64,000 nt of DNA, taken from IMG/VR virus record IMGVR_UViG_3300031951_000001, positions 186,001-250,000 of that record. One strand, given 5' to 3'. The notes under the pieces are model-generated. The model did no database searches, was not told where the DNA came from, and saw only the letters and a list, made by a program, of their open reading frames with translations. This document shows positions 12,301-18,852 of the stretch, one piece after another. Position 1 is the first letter of the stretch, and every line of letters begins with the position of its first letter. The position numbers and the translations under genes were made by a program.

Positions 12301-14505
12301 ATTGAATTAATCTTGAGCACAAGTCTTGTTTATTATGTTGATTCATTCGAAATTATTTACAATTTGGTATCGAATTTACCACTAACTTATTATTTTGATT
12401 TGTTCTTTACAAATACCTTGGGTACAACAATTTATGGACCATTCCCAATTGAAACTGGAGTGTCAATAAACGTTGGTGAAGTTAGTGGAACAACATCAAT
12501 AATATTTGAAATACCCCCAAGTGTTTTAGATAGAACAAGTACCTTTAGTGGATTTACTTACGACCCATATTTTTATAGCGGAACGACCCAATTAAATGTT
12601 AATACGATGTTCCCAACCCCAACCCCAACAGTAACTATAACTCAAACCCCTCAATTTGACATAACTTCAACACCAACAAGAAGCGTAACCCCAACAAGAA
12701 CTCAAACTCCAACTCAATTGGCTTGTTCGGCAACCACTTCAATTATTAATACAAACACAGCAATAGTATTATCAAGAAAGAGTGATTTGGTATATAGTCA
12801 GCAAGGAACATTGTTCTATCCTATAACATTCACTTTAAGTGGTACTAGTCCAGTATACGATGCGACATCGACAACTGTACCGGTATGGGATACATCAAAT
12901 GTTAATAACGGTCCATTAAATAGAACTGGAGTTTGGACAAACTCAGGGCAACCTGTTGATATATGGATTGGAGATACATTCTGTTTTACAAGTGCAACAG
13001 ATAACAAGAGATATTACATAGGTATTGGGGCGGATAATGACTTTAGAATCCGACTCGACGGAGTACAGATTGTAAATTCTAGTATTGGTCCGTATAATAA
13101 TACAAATATACCATTCTTGTGGTGGCACGTTTATCCTATAACTGTTAATTCAGGAGCGCATACAGTTGAGGTCTATGGTTTAAATGACAACTCAATAGGT
13201 TCATTTGGATGTGAGATTTATGATAACACTCTATCCCAATTAACCGCAGCAACTTCAGTAAGTGACCTTAATATAATTTACAGTACAAGTGCATTAACAG
13301 CGGCTACTATAGTTCAGAGTATGGCGGGAGTTTATTTATCAAGCGGGTATACTTGTCCTTCAGGTTATGAATTAGACGTGTGTAAAAACTATTGTATTAG
13401 TTATGCTAATTGTCCATCACCAACTCCTACAAATACGCCATCTAATACACCAACAAAGAGTATAACACCAACTATAAGTTTAACACCGTCAATTACCCCT
13501 ACAATAAGTTTAACACCGTCAATTACCCCTACAATAAGTTTGACGCCATCACCAACCGCGTCACCATCACCACTCATTTGTCCATATCAAGTTGGAACTA
13601 AAGGATTTGGTTCTCCTATCTATAGGATAGGTTACAATGATTATACTAATTACATTTACGTGGTTACCACTGGTGGCACGGTTGTATTAGATAGTTCGTA
13701 CTTAACTATTGATACTTATCCAAATTCATTAAGTGGTGGAAGTGTAACTTATGCTAGTATGACATTTGCGCAAAGTACTTATAAGTATGTTTATGTTGGA
13801 CATGATGGGGATTTAAAGTATGTTGATTACTATGATATAACTAACCTTACTTCAGGTATAATATCCACCACTATAGAACCAACTGAGATAGATGTAGACA
13901 GAACCAATTCTTTTATAGGAATGATAGGGGTTAATGATGAATATAAACAAATAAACATTTCAACTCAATTAGTTAACTATACTGTTAATGTTAGTGCAAC
14001 CACTAATGGTGATATCGCTTGGTCCAGACTTAATGACACGTTTTGGATTGTTTCTACTGGAGACACGATTGTGTATATTGACCCAACGGCCAAAGATATA
14101 GTTGGTACAGATACTATTCCATCAGGAGGTTATAGTGGATATGGTAAACGATTACTTTATGACAATACTAATTCTTATACGTATTTACTTGTTGATAGTC
14201 AAAGATTATTTATATATGACGCCGTAGGTTCGGCAACATCTTATGTAGATTTAACTCCATACAGTGGAACTAATACAAGTATGACAATCGATATAAATAA
14301 TAACAAACTTTATATTCTAAATGTTGATGACAATGTGTTTGGATTAATTAAGATTGACATAACAACACTAACTGATGAAGGATTATCAGTACTTGGGACT
14401 TATAGTGGTAAGTCTAACGGAAGTATACTATATGAGCCAAATAATTCTGAAATTATATTGAGTCTTGAGCCATTTACTAATACGTTCTATATATTCTGTA
14501 CTTAA
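3391..14505 (+). CDS. Giant modular virion fibre/adhesin-like protein (~3700 aa)
   Basis: The N-terminal domain is paralogous to that of the next gene and resembles BppU N-terminal attachment domains. It contains repeated Ig-like, Cys-rich and beta-propeller modules, a PA14-like domain (~12760-13350), Pro/Thr linkers and no signal peptide. ATG at 3391 is preferred over TTG at 3388. Confidence 0.65.
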   Translation: MEFVIRKNATLPLLKMQIVKDGRGTYEDFMNFIETSTIYFSMQNSETGVMKINTKFAGYVEKEFIEPNSPPEYYIYYKFTKRETNKVGKYEGQFLLKNEIGTLVLPIREKLNITIKDSNLEDDLDYNECFVGQFQCCVIGPPGPNTPYEFELNANYSPGSVIADYTLTASKPVDATTTVLFENILVTYTGESITISTGITINRGQTTSSVEVVTDGDFSNLTLANYFDNVLITPSTSLTPDSIDIKQSFPPSVLTGDCYCYRFINTQGKPAKLRYTHCNGTPVETSISPNGSYQDCIQTNQYNVSSGVIAGVSQECFGPNYLCFTAGTPCKCYRYNYIGNGAQIGQIRYVDCQNNTISDNSTDSVVELCVSERLGEKYYTHTELDATCTTEADCSFCCSASHNLVLTTGISGEIDENVTKLYRYNTLTGNQTLILTIDPVSSPPYQALDVAHKFSPITNNGKIWISFKGLNSDNLPDQYIEEYDIDSSYNVQYNRRINIPWLNGLREIGHGLSLYNENNLILTLCLFGVNEEFVLLNINNTGDIPDANLIPTGIYSPFEPTQLPNTLDSEGRVNKIVDILITSDSKIVATNYGILANGAVNTILQIDITTNDYETFFYWPDVNNYVQNSYQGIFESCGTFYCFTYSENFNELWSVDTETYELNQVQPYNSNLRVVVGCSSLLVCQTQSFVPDTPCAPDAEGCNIAITGTVHNVSFTYEYTGDVVVYSPQDNTEDSFICYEDCINVYNIEALFCGHGDGTPTPGNPSTHFTVTFNFASEVNDVRIVIWGSGWGGNENFHIMTDQGVPTITSYYSCYSEIIGNTIYSGAEPYPPYKGGGIFNVNSNNDFTSIVISGDGGWAGSFIYLCTDSSLCFDNCTPILLSPLAQITLYNGTNQYSITLPYINGGPFPNPGTSYNYNAIAHTPNKLWISNFLFTSDPTNWYLLEWDLSLCPFSVTYNTRYVQSVDSGVTSIRFGESSSPGLFALNDTTLLTSIRINQNSPQEKIVIVSLSSPLMTVVDLYSLPGQQAVSGDIIATNNFNLLVSTVDNTNTYRLLQLDFITGNLEIEVLYNIGGANIRGLFEYQGNLFATTSNGLYQINPNYPYQFTQVNATTTNQDSSSSILFCNPTYLLPPPTQTPTPTQTQTNTPSRLPLGELCRCHYITNYENKPITFTATTCDSSIPQTYTLPANTSYPPSCFKLGSVYSFNAQVTITYSITPCVFCNGKYVCNSVLCPTPTPTPTKTSTPTPTSPCQPPQVGVQTFTQAWSVNNTCVAAELGYYLFTTGTTEEACQSFVGFAETPEGSQYCPSLGTNTITPSTQQKTFGVYPYPVEIGSRLYSTVPTSCNCPSFWFNGWGGPNNDPGAPFLFLSNGPYKAWYNDGVIVNGDNTSVKIATISGCTVIDIEICEVVGFNVNIIASPGSVDMIYNFTSTQPVKSAVTINFTNILQTYTGDSIFITTGLTLNSGETSTFVTVSRDVDFDNLTLGYSTIDFSVTSNLYINPELIYFNFSIPTIPTPSNKCYCYELTNTRTDVTAIVKYRTCENEIITDYLSPLETINDCIRFNSISASSIVDITQISVCGPPDYSCVTPNVPCYCYKLTYDNSGYLGAIHYIDCAGENQSITNTTQSLYEICAREITGTFKYKADQLGECTSTTQCSQCCTTSKVLVLTNDFPNGSPGPTGVAIYNPSNGTSTLMSLTLTGLPYSLTHIYDNTTNTGRMWIAFDAPVRIEEYTLDANYNPSFDRYIFISGNEFEIGESITYLNSNTLLSTRRGTNPRRVVTIDISTPNIDITVPLVNTIYTIPLITTNADDITSLLVTTNNRLIGTRYSGTYTQNGSSNTIFQIDMNTNQLEYLATWPDVPWEGWWDGIFINCNKYYRFVNNQVSLNQLWTSSTNSNGIPTYSLVFNNNNSLSNIWDTSSNPICNTFNFNPNQILLTPTPTLTPTITKTPTKTPTPTVTKTKTPTVTPTSTDYKSDCACYTITNTSPYNSIPIFYFYRRCKTNTLTVGVVYGNTTFSDCYVPGSVTAFNNNPNLIITLGAECSDCSQGFTCNPCPSKTPTKTPTNTKTPSNTPTKSLTPTKTPTPTITPTDYPYSADCKVYSFSLITGTLYGYGVESGDIIYEMVLPVLGVPTNIAISNVSNLLFIYFSQTNLLITFQFDYITNQIIDGSLTTYDIPEPIFNPIEQNPYQSITSMDNGQGVFFTSQGYNQENLETYSLLTYELTGTITYLSDFPNGLSSKTIIRGSNNLIFALVVEQNSSDCAIQQWYCDGTFANTTLLYSFTLPLSYTNGTSIFIYDGEFYIVSQQSSPNGPHIVYTVDPYQPHTLTEVSQFTIEFGYINDSESFANCNQFEFYQYPDTPTLTPTPTLTKTPTPTRTQTSTQLTPTPTSTNLTQTPTATNLTPTPTPNCFCTSFRNTVNYDVIITFNTCDKKTKSKLLTPDGTQGSTFTTCVTDYVEDIRINVVSNGPCVSESCGSPTPTPTVTNTQTPTVTSSTGFINETPTVTPTNTETPTITPTNTETPTITPTNSSTPTMTSTNITPTPTISSTPSPIIETSILISAEYKPVPNGVNYNLVFKYNFVSNTLQPLISQSGESIQGMLSTGLAHSYDLNTNTGYVWTKSPNSSQINEYSIINSDYNTLFIRTITLTGSSYGKGLTYINDTTLISTRKIGAEQWVIEINIDPSLSSPIETLKFQVPFNQSDDYSDLMFTSTGKFIWTNNGPLGFNVEQYIYDTGELNFRAPACCTPTALWQYNGNIYSSQSGANMRIRYDLTTAEKTFICPPIGCGETSCEDPLSCICSGPCTVDFISFGGSSLVEDNNAEFVPNIDPIIINLTTTFEEGSIQITYNMVSNNPVIEAIRVNFTNVIGTQLDSWWAGEPITIDTGVTIYSGQTSGSTLVTLEDSIYDLDKTSYFTNISIYPPYLSGITTIVETNVFPTPTSTVTSTITPTPSITPSITPTNTPIFPQNIELILSTSLVYYVDSFEIIYNLVSNLPLTYYFDLFFTNTLGTTIYGPFPIETGVSINVGEVSGTTSIIFEIPPSVLDRTSTFSGFTYDPYFYSGTTQLNVNTMFPTPTPTVTITQTPQFDITSTPTRSVTPTRTQTPTQLACSATTSIINTNTAIVLSRKSDLVYSQQGTLFYPITFTLSGTSPVYDATSTTVPVWDTSNVNNGPLNRTGVWTNSGQPVDIWIGDTFCFTSATDNKRYYIGIGADNDFRIRLDGVQIVNSSIGPYNNTNIPFLWWHVYPITVNSGAHTVEVYGLNDNSIGSFGCEIYDNTLSQLTAATSVSDLNIIYSTSALTAATIVQSMAGVYLSSGYTCPSGYELDVCKNYCISYANCPSPTPTNTPSNTPTKSITPTISLTPSITPTISLTPSITPTISLTPSPTASPSPLICPYQVGTKGFGSPIYRIGYNDYTNYIYVVTTGGTVVLDSSYLTIDTYPNSLSGGSVTYASMTFAQSTYKYVYVGHDGDLKYVDYYDITNLTSGIISTTIEPTEIDVDRTNSFIGMIGVNDEYKQINISTQLVNYTVNVSATTNGDIAWSRLNDTFWIVSTGDTIVYIDPTAKDIVGTDTIPSGGYSGYGKRLLYDNTNSYTYLLVDSQRLFIYDAVGSATSYVDLTPYSGTNTSMTIDINNNKLYILNVDDNVFGLIKIDITTLTDEGLSVLGTYSGKSNGSILYEPNNSEIILSLEPFTNTFYIFCT
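10912..10980 (+). repeat. Perfect 30-bp tandem repeat (2.3 copies) in a PT linker
   Basis: ccaactaataccgaaaccccaacaattaca repeated exactly. Confidence 0.9.
13474..13541 (+). repeat. Perfect 30-bp tandem repeat (about 2.3 copies) in a PT linker
   Basis: ataagtttaacaccgtcaattacccctaca repeated exactly. Confidence 0.9.
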
Positions 14506-14555
14506 TTATATAATTACAATGTCTAAATCTTTACTTATTAAAACGTTTACCAAAG

Positions 14556-14563
14556 TATTTATA
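14556..14563 (+). promoter_or_regulatory. TATTTATA putative late promoter
   Basis: Exact motif 15 nt before ATG 14579. Confidence 0.6.
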
Positions 14564-14578
14564 GAATAAAATCTTTGG

Positions 14579-17500
14579 ATGGAATTTTTCATTAAAAAAG
14601 GCGCGACCCTTCCTTTATTAAAACTTAACATTGTTGACAATGGAAGAAGCGATTATAACAACTTTCTAAATACGTTAGAGTTGTCATCTTTATTCTTTTC
14701 AATGACTAATGTTGAAAACGGTACCCCAAAGATAACAAACAAACCTGCAGGTGTTGGCGGCGAATACCCAAACTATTTTATATACTATCAGTTTCAAAAT
14801 ACCGACACAACAAAAGAGGGTAGATTTGAGGGTGAGTTTGTTATAAAAAATGAGTACGGTAATAATGTTTTAACATTAGGTGAAAAACTTTATGTTAACA
14901 TAACCGAGTCATTTATATTAGATGATTTAGATTACGTTTCATGTTACATAGTTGATTATGCTTGTTGCAGTAATCCTATACCAGTGCCATTACCTCAACC
15001 TTCAAGTACTCCTACTCCTACACCTACTGTAACTGACTCTCAATTATCTCTAACTCTACAAGGATTTATAAATCCAGGGTCAGTTGTTATAGATTATGTT
15101 CTAACATCAAATAGATTATTTTCACAGGAACTTACAATGTCGTTCTCAAATTTACTTGGGGTGATTGTTGGAAGTCCTGTATTAATAACAACCGGTGTAA
15201 CTTTGAGTGTTGGTGAATTTACGGGAACTACCCAAGTAATTCTTCCTGATGATTTTCAAAATTTAAATCGTGAAAGTTTATTTTTTGGTAATACCATAAA
15301 TCTTACAGGTTTAACGTATACGACTTACTATCAAAATTCAGTATTCTTTGCAACACCAACACCCACCCCAACTCCAACACCAACTGAAACAATTGTTTGT
15401 GAATGTTTTGAAATTGTTGCTCCATTAGCGAATGGTTCATATTCTTATATCGATTGTAGTGGAATTGAACAACCAGTTGTTGAATTAGGTATAGGTGAAT
15501 CTTCTAGAGTTTGTGTAGGTAATTCTAAAATAAACGCGTTTGACGGAGCCGAATTCTATGTTGTTGGATTATGTTCAGACTGTCTATTACCGACCCCTAC
15601 CCCCACCCCAACTCAAACTGAGGGTGAGATTTTTATGGGTAATATAATAGAAAATATTAACCTTAATGAAACTTTTACAACGAATGAAGAAGAATTAAAT
15701 AGGATTTTACGCGAAAGACCTAAAAAATTAAATATTGATTTACCATTTAAAGATGGGGTCATAAATGTTAATCTAACTAGACGAAATATTTACGAAAATG
15801 ATTTTAGAATATCAAATGAATTCGGAGAGACACTTTATTCAAAATTAGGAGAACATTATGAAGGTATTATTGTTGGTAGTCAAAATTCTACAGTTTCTTT
15901 AAGCATTACAAGCGAAGGGTTCAGTGGGTCCTTACAAGATGAAGGATTAGTTGTTGATATTAATAACATCAGTGGATTTACTCATCACTGCCAAGAAGTA
16001 TTTGAGGAAACTAAACATGATTGTAATACATACAATATTGATTTTCCCGAATTAGATAACTACATCTCCCCAAACCAAGAAATGTTTAATAACTTTGAGG
16101 GTGAGATTATGGCTAACATTAATTTTGAGAATTTGAATTCTTACGTTACCATGGTTGCCAACAAAAACGTGAGGTATCTCTTGGAGGTTGATTACGATAT
16201 ATATCAATATTTTGGTAATGATTTACAGGCAACTACTAATTACATCACCGCGTTATTTAATTCTATATCCGCTATCCATGCCGCTGAAGGGGTGTCGATA
16301 ACAATGAGTGAGATTAAATTTTGGACTTCGGGCGAGTCTCCATATAGGACTTACGGTCATACAATACCATGCACCGCGAACACAAGTAATCTAGACTGCG
16401 CATTAAAAAATTATAGGCAATATTATAAAAATAATAATTTAACTTTCAATGGAGATGTTAGAATGTTGTTAACAGTCGGATGGCCCAATCCTGTTGGTGG
16501 TAGTGCTAGATATAGCTCGGCGTATACTCCGGGTGTGTGCTCCCCCGATTTTTATAATTGTCTTTTCCATCAGTTAAGACCAACAACTGTCAGTCCTGGT
16601 AGCCCACCTCCTGAAGGATATGTCGATGGAGGTAGTAATTTAAGTGTTTACTACGGAAATGCCAATGGGTGGAATGTAATTGCGGGTGCTCACGAAATTG
16701 GTCATACTCATGGATGTTCTCATACATTCAGTTCGGTTTGGAATTGTAACTACACAATAGGTAGCACAAATGTTGCGGGTACATGTTGTTTAGATTGTTG
16801 TTCAGGTCTTGCAAATTGCGCTTGCGTTGGCGGTACAACTATACAAAACCCAACTAACGGTACATGTATAGCGTCAGGTGCGACAATTATGTCTTATAAT
16901 ACAAGACAACCTATATTCGGACCTCAACCACAACAGAAAATGGTCAATACGATAAATGCGGCACTTTGTTTACAAAATTTTACTACACCAACCCCTACAC
17001 CAACCCCTACAAGAACAAGTACAACACCAACTCCAACTCCTACAAGAAACACACCAACTCCAACTAAAACAAGTAATTGGGATTGTGCTGCGTCTTTCAA
17101 TATAAATATTCCAAATACAACCTCAGTAACTATAAGTGGAGTAACATTCGTAAAGTCGGTATCTCAAGTGATGTCAACTCAAAGTTTTGCGATTATACCT
17201 TCGTCATGCATAGGTTCAAGTAATATTAGTGGAGTTAACATATTAACTTCTCTAACTGATACTTCGGGTAACTACACCATGAGTTCCTCGACTTTATTGA
17301 CAAGTATCGCATTATCGTTTGGGGCTTTACAAGCAACTGATGTGATTACGTTTAGTGCAAATAATGGTACTACGTTTGTCGGAATTTGCCAAGGGTGTTG
17401 TGGTCAAAATGGCGCCGCCAATCAAATTGTTGGTACAACTTTATGTAGCCAGCTCGGAAACGTAGATGGAGGTGCATTCCGAGTCATTGTTAATTCAACA

Positions 17501-18820
17501 GAACCGTTCAATCAACTAAATGTAAAAATAAGCAGTCCTTTAAATAACGGGTGGGGTAAGTTTTTAAAAATTAATAATTTTAGAACTTTAGGAACCTCAA
17601 TCACCCCAACTAAAACACCAACAAGAACTGCAACACCAACAGTTACAAAAACCGCCAATTTTGTTGACGTAACTCCAACATCGACACCTACTGTAACGTT
17701 GACTAAAACCCTTACATCCACCCCAACAAGAACATTAACACCTACAAGGACATCCACTCAAACCCCAACAGTAAGTAAAACAAGTAATTTAATTGTTGAA
17801 AGTCCGACCTCTACCCCAACAAGAACATTAACACCTACTCCGACAAGAACCCTCACACCAACTAAATCAACTAATATTACATTAACCCTCACACCAACGA
17901 GAACAAAAACCCCTACTCCGACTAAATCGTCTAATACATCATTAACACCTACTCCGACAAGAACAAAAACCCCAACACCGACAAGAACAAAAACCCCAAC
18001 ACCGACTAAATCGTCTAATACATCATTAACCCCAACACCGACAAGAACAAAAACCCCAACACCGAGTACTTCAATATCGATTTCATTGTGTGATATTTTA
18101 AGTGTTGCAAATACAACGGGTATTATATACAAATATGATTACGTATCGAATACTGTTACCGAATTGCCGGTCAGCGGTAGACAAGTATTACCGAGTGATA
18201 TTGCCGTTTCAGAAAATTATTTATTTACGATATCTTCTAACACTATTAGAAGGTTCCAAATAACTAGAAACCCATGGACCGCAACTAACCCAACCGATTT
18301 CATATATCCGTCAGGTACATTCGCAACAAGTAACAACGGTTTATTTGCATTGAGCGACTCAACACTTATATCATTTAACACTTTAAATCAAATTATATCT
18401 GTTAATTTAACCAATTTGACAACAACAGTTTTATTTAGTTTACCTGCGGGTAGGTCAATTGCGGGAGATATAATATACACAACAAACAATAGATATATAA
18501 TTGTCAACCGAAGTATATCCACATCTACCACATTTGTTTCTCAATTTGATTCATCGGGTAACCCAATGGGTGAAATGAGTATGGCAAGTATTACATTAGT
18601 TAACGGAAGTTTATTTATTTATAATAGTGAATTATATATTCAAAGGCAGTCCACCCCTCCACATAATTATAAATTAACATTCCCATCAACAATAAGTCCT
18701 GTGTTAAGTACCGCCACAGTAACATCACTAGGATTTGCTCAACCACAAAACTGTATAAGTTTTGATTTTCCTGTTTCACCAACACCTACTAAAACAGTCA
18801 CCCCGACAAAAATACTATAG
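14579..18820 (+). CDS. Modular virion fibre-like protein with an M12/reprolysin-like zinc metalloprotease domain
   Basis: HEIGHTHGCSH (HExxHxxGxxH, 16691-16723), Met-turn IMSY (16886-16897) and reprolysin-like EVDYDIY segment. It shares the N-terminal domain with 3391..14505 and has PT linkers and a C-terminal propeller. Confidence 0.75.
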   Translation: MEFFIKKGATLPLLKLNIVDNGRSDYNNFLNTLELSSLFFSMTNVENGTPKITNKPAGVGGEYPNYFIYYQFQNTDTTKEGRFEGEFVIKNEYGNNVLTLGEKLYVNITESFILDDLDYVSCYIVDYACCSNPIPVPLPQPSSTPTPTPTVTDSQLSLTLQGFINPGSVVIDYVLTSNRLFSQELTMSFSNLLGVIVGSPVLITTGVTLSVGEFTGTTQVILPDDFQNLNRESLFFGNTINLTGLTYTTYYQNSVFFATPTPTPTPTPTETIVCECFEIVAPLANGSYSYIDCSGIEQPVVELGIGESSRVCVGNSKINAFDGAEFYVVGLCSDCLLPTPTPTPTQTEGEIFMGNIIENINLNETFTTNEEELNRILRERPKKLNIDLPFKDGVINVNLTRRNIYENDFRISNEFGETLYSKLGEHYEGIIVGSQNSTVSLSITSEGFSGSLQDEGLVVDINNISGFTHHCQEVFEETKHDCNTYNIDFPELDNYISPNQEMFNNFEGEIMANINFENLNSYVTMVANKNVRYLLEVDYDIYQYFGNDLQATTNYITALFNSISAIHAAEGVSITMSEIKFWTSGESPYRTYGHTIPCTANTSNLDCALKNYRQYYKNNNLTFNGDVRMLLTVGWPNPVGGSARYSSAYTPGVCSPDFYNCLFHQLRPTTVSPGSPPPEGYVDGGSNLSVYYGNANGWNVIAGAHEIGHTHGCSHTFSSVWNCNYTIGSTNVAGTCCLDCCSGLANCACVGGTTIQNPTNGTCIASGATIMSYNTRQPIFGPQPQQKMVNTINAALCLQNFTTPTPTPTPTRTSTTPTPTPTRNTPTPTKTSNWDCAASFNINIPNTTSVTISGVTFVKSVSQVMSTQSFAIIPSSCIGSSNISGVNILTSLTDTSGNYTMSSSTLLTSIALSFGALQATDVITFSANNGTTFVGICQGCCGQNGAANQIVGTTLCSQLGNVDGGAFRVIVNSTEPFNQLNVKISSPLNNGWGKFLKINNFRTLGTSITPTKTPTRTATPTVTKTANFVDVTPTSTPTVTLTKTLTSTPTRTLTPTRTSTQTPTVSKTSNLIVESPTSTPTRTLTPTPTRTLTPTKSTNITLTLTPTRTKTPTPTKSSNTSLTPTPTRTKTPTPTRTKTPTPTKSSNTSLTPTPTRTKTPTPSTSISISLCDILSVANTTGIIYKYDYVSNTVTELPVSGRQVLPSDIAVSENYLFTISSNTIRRFQITRNPWTATNPTDFIYPSGTFATSNNGLFALSDSTLISFNTLNQIISVNLTNLTTTVLFSLPAGRSIAGDIIYTTNNRYIIVNRSISTSTTFVSQFDSSGNPMGEMSMASITLVNGSLFIYNSELYIQRQSTPPHNYKLTFPSTISPVLSTATVTSLGFAQPQNCISFDFPVSPTPTKTVTPTKIL
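17810..18065 (+). repeat. Imperfect nested tandem repeats (TPTPTRTK / TPTKSSNTSL units)
   Basis: Repeated ccgacaagaacaaaaaccccaaca and actaaatcgtctaatacatcattaac units. Confidence 0.8.
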
Positions 18821-18852
18821 AATTAAATTAAAAAGATAATTATATTAAAAAC

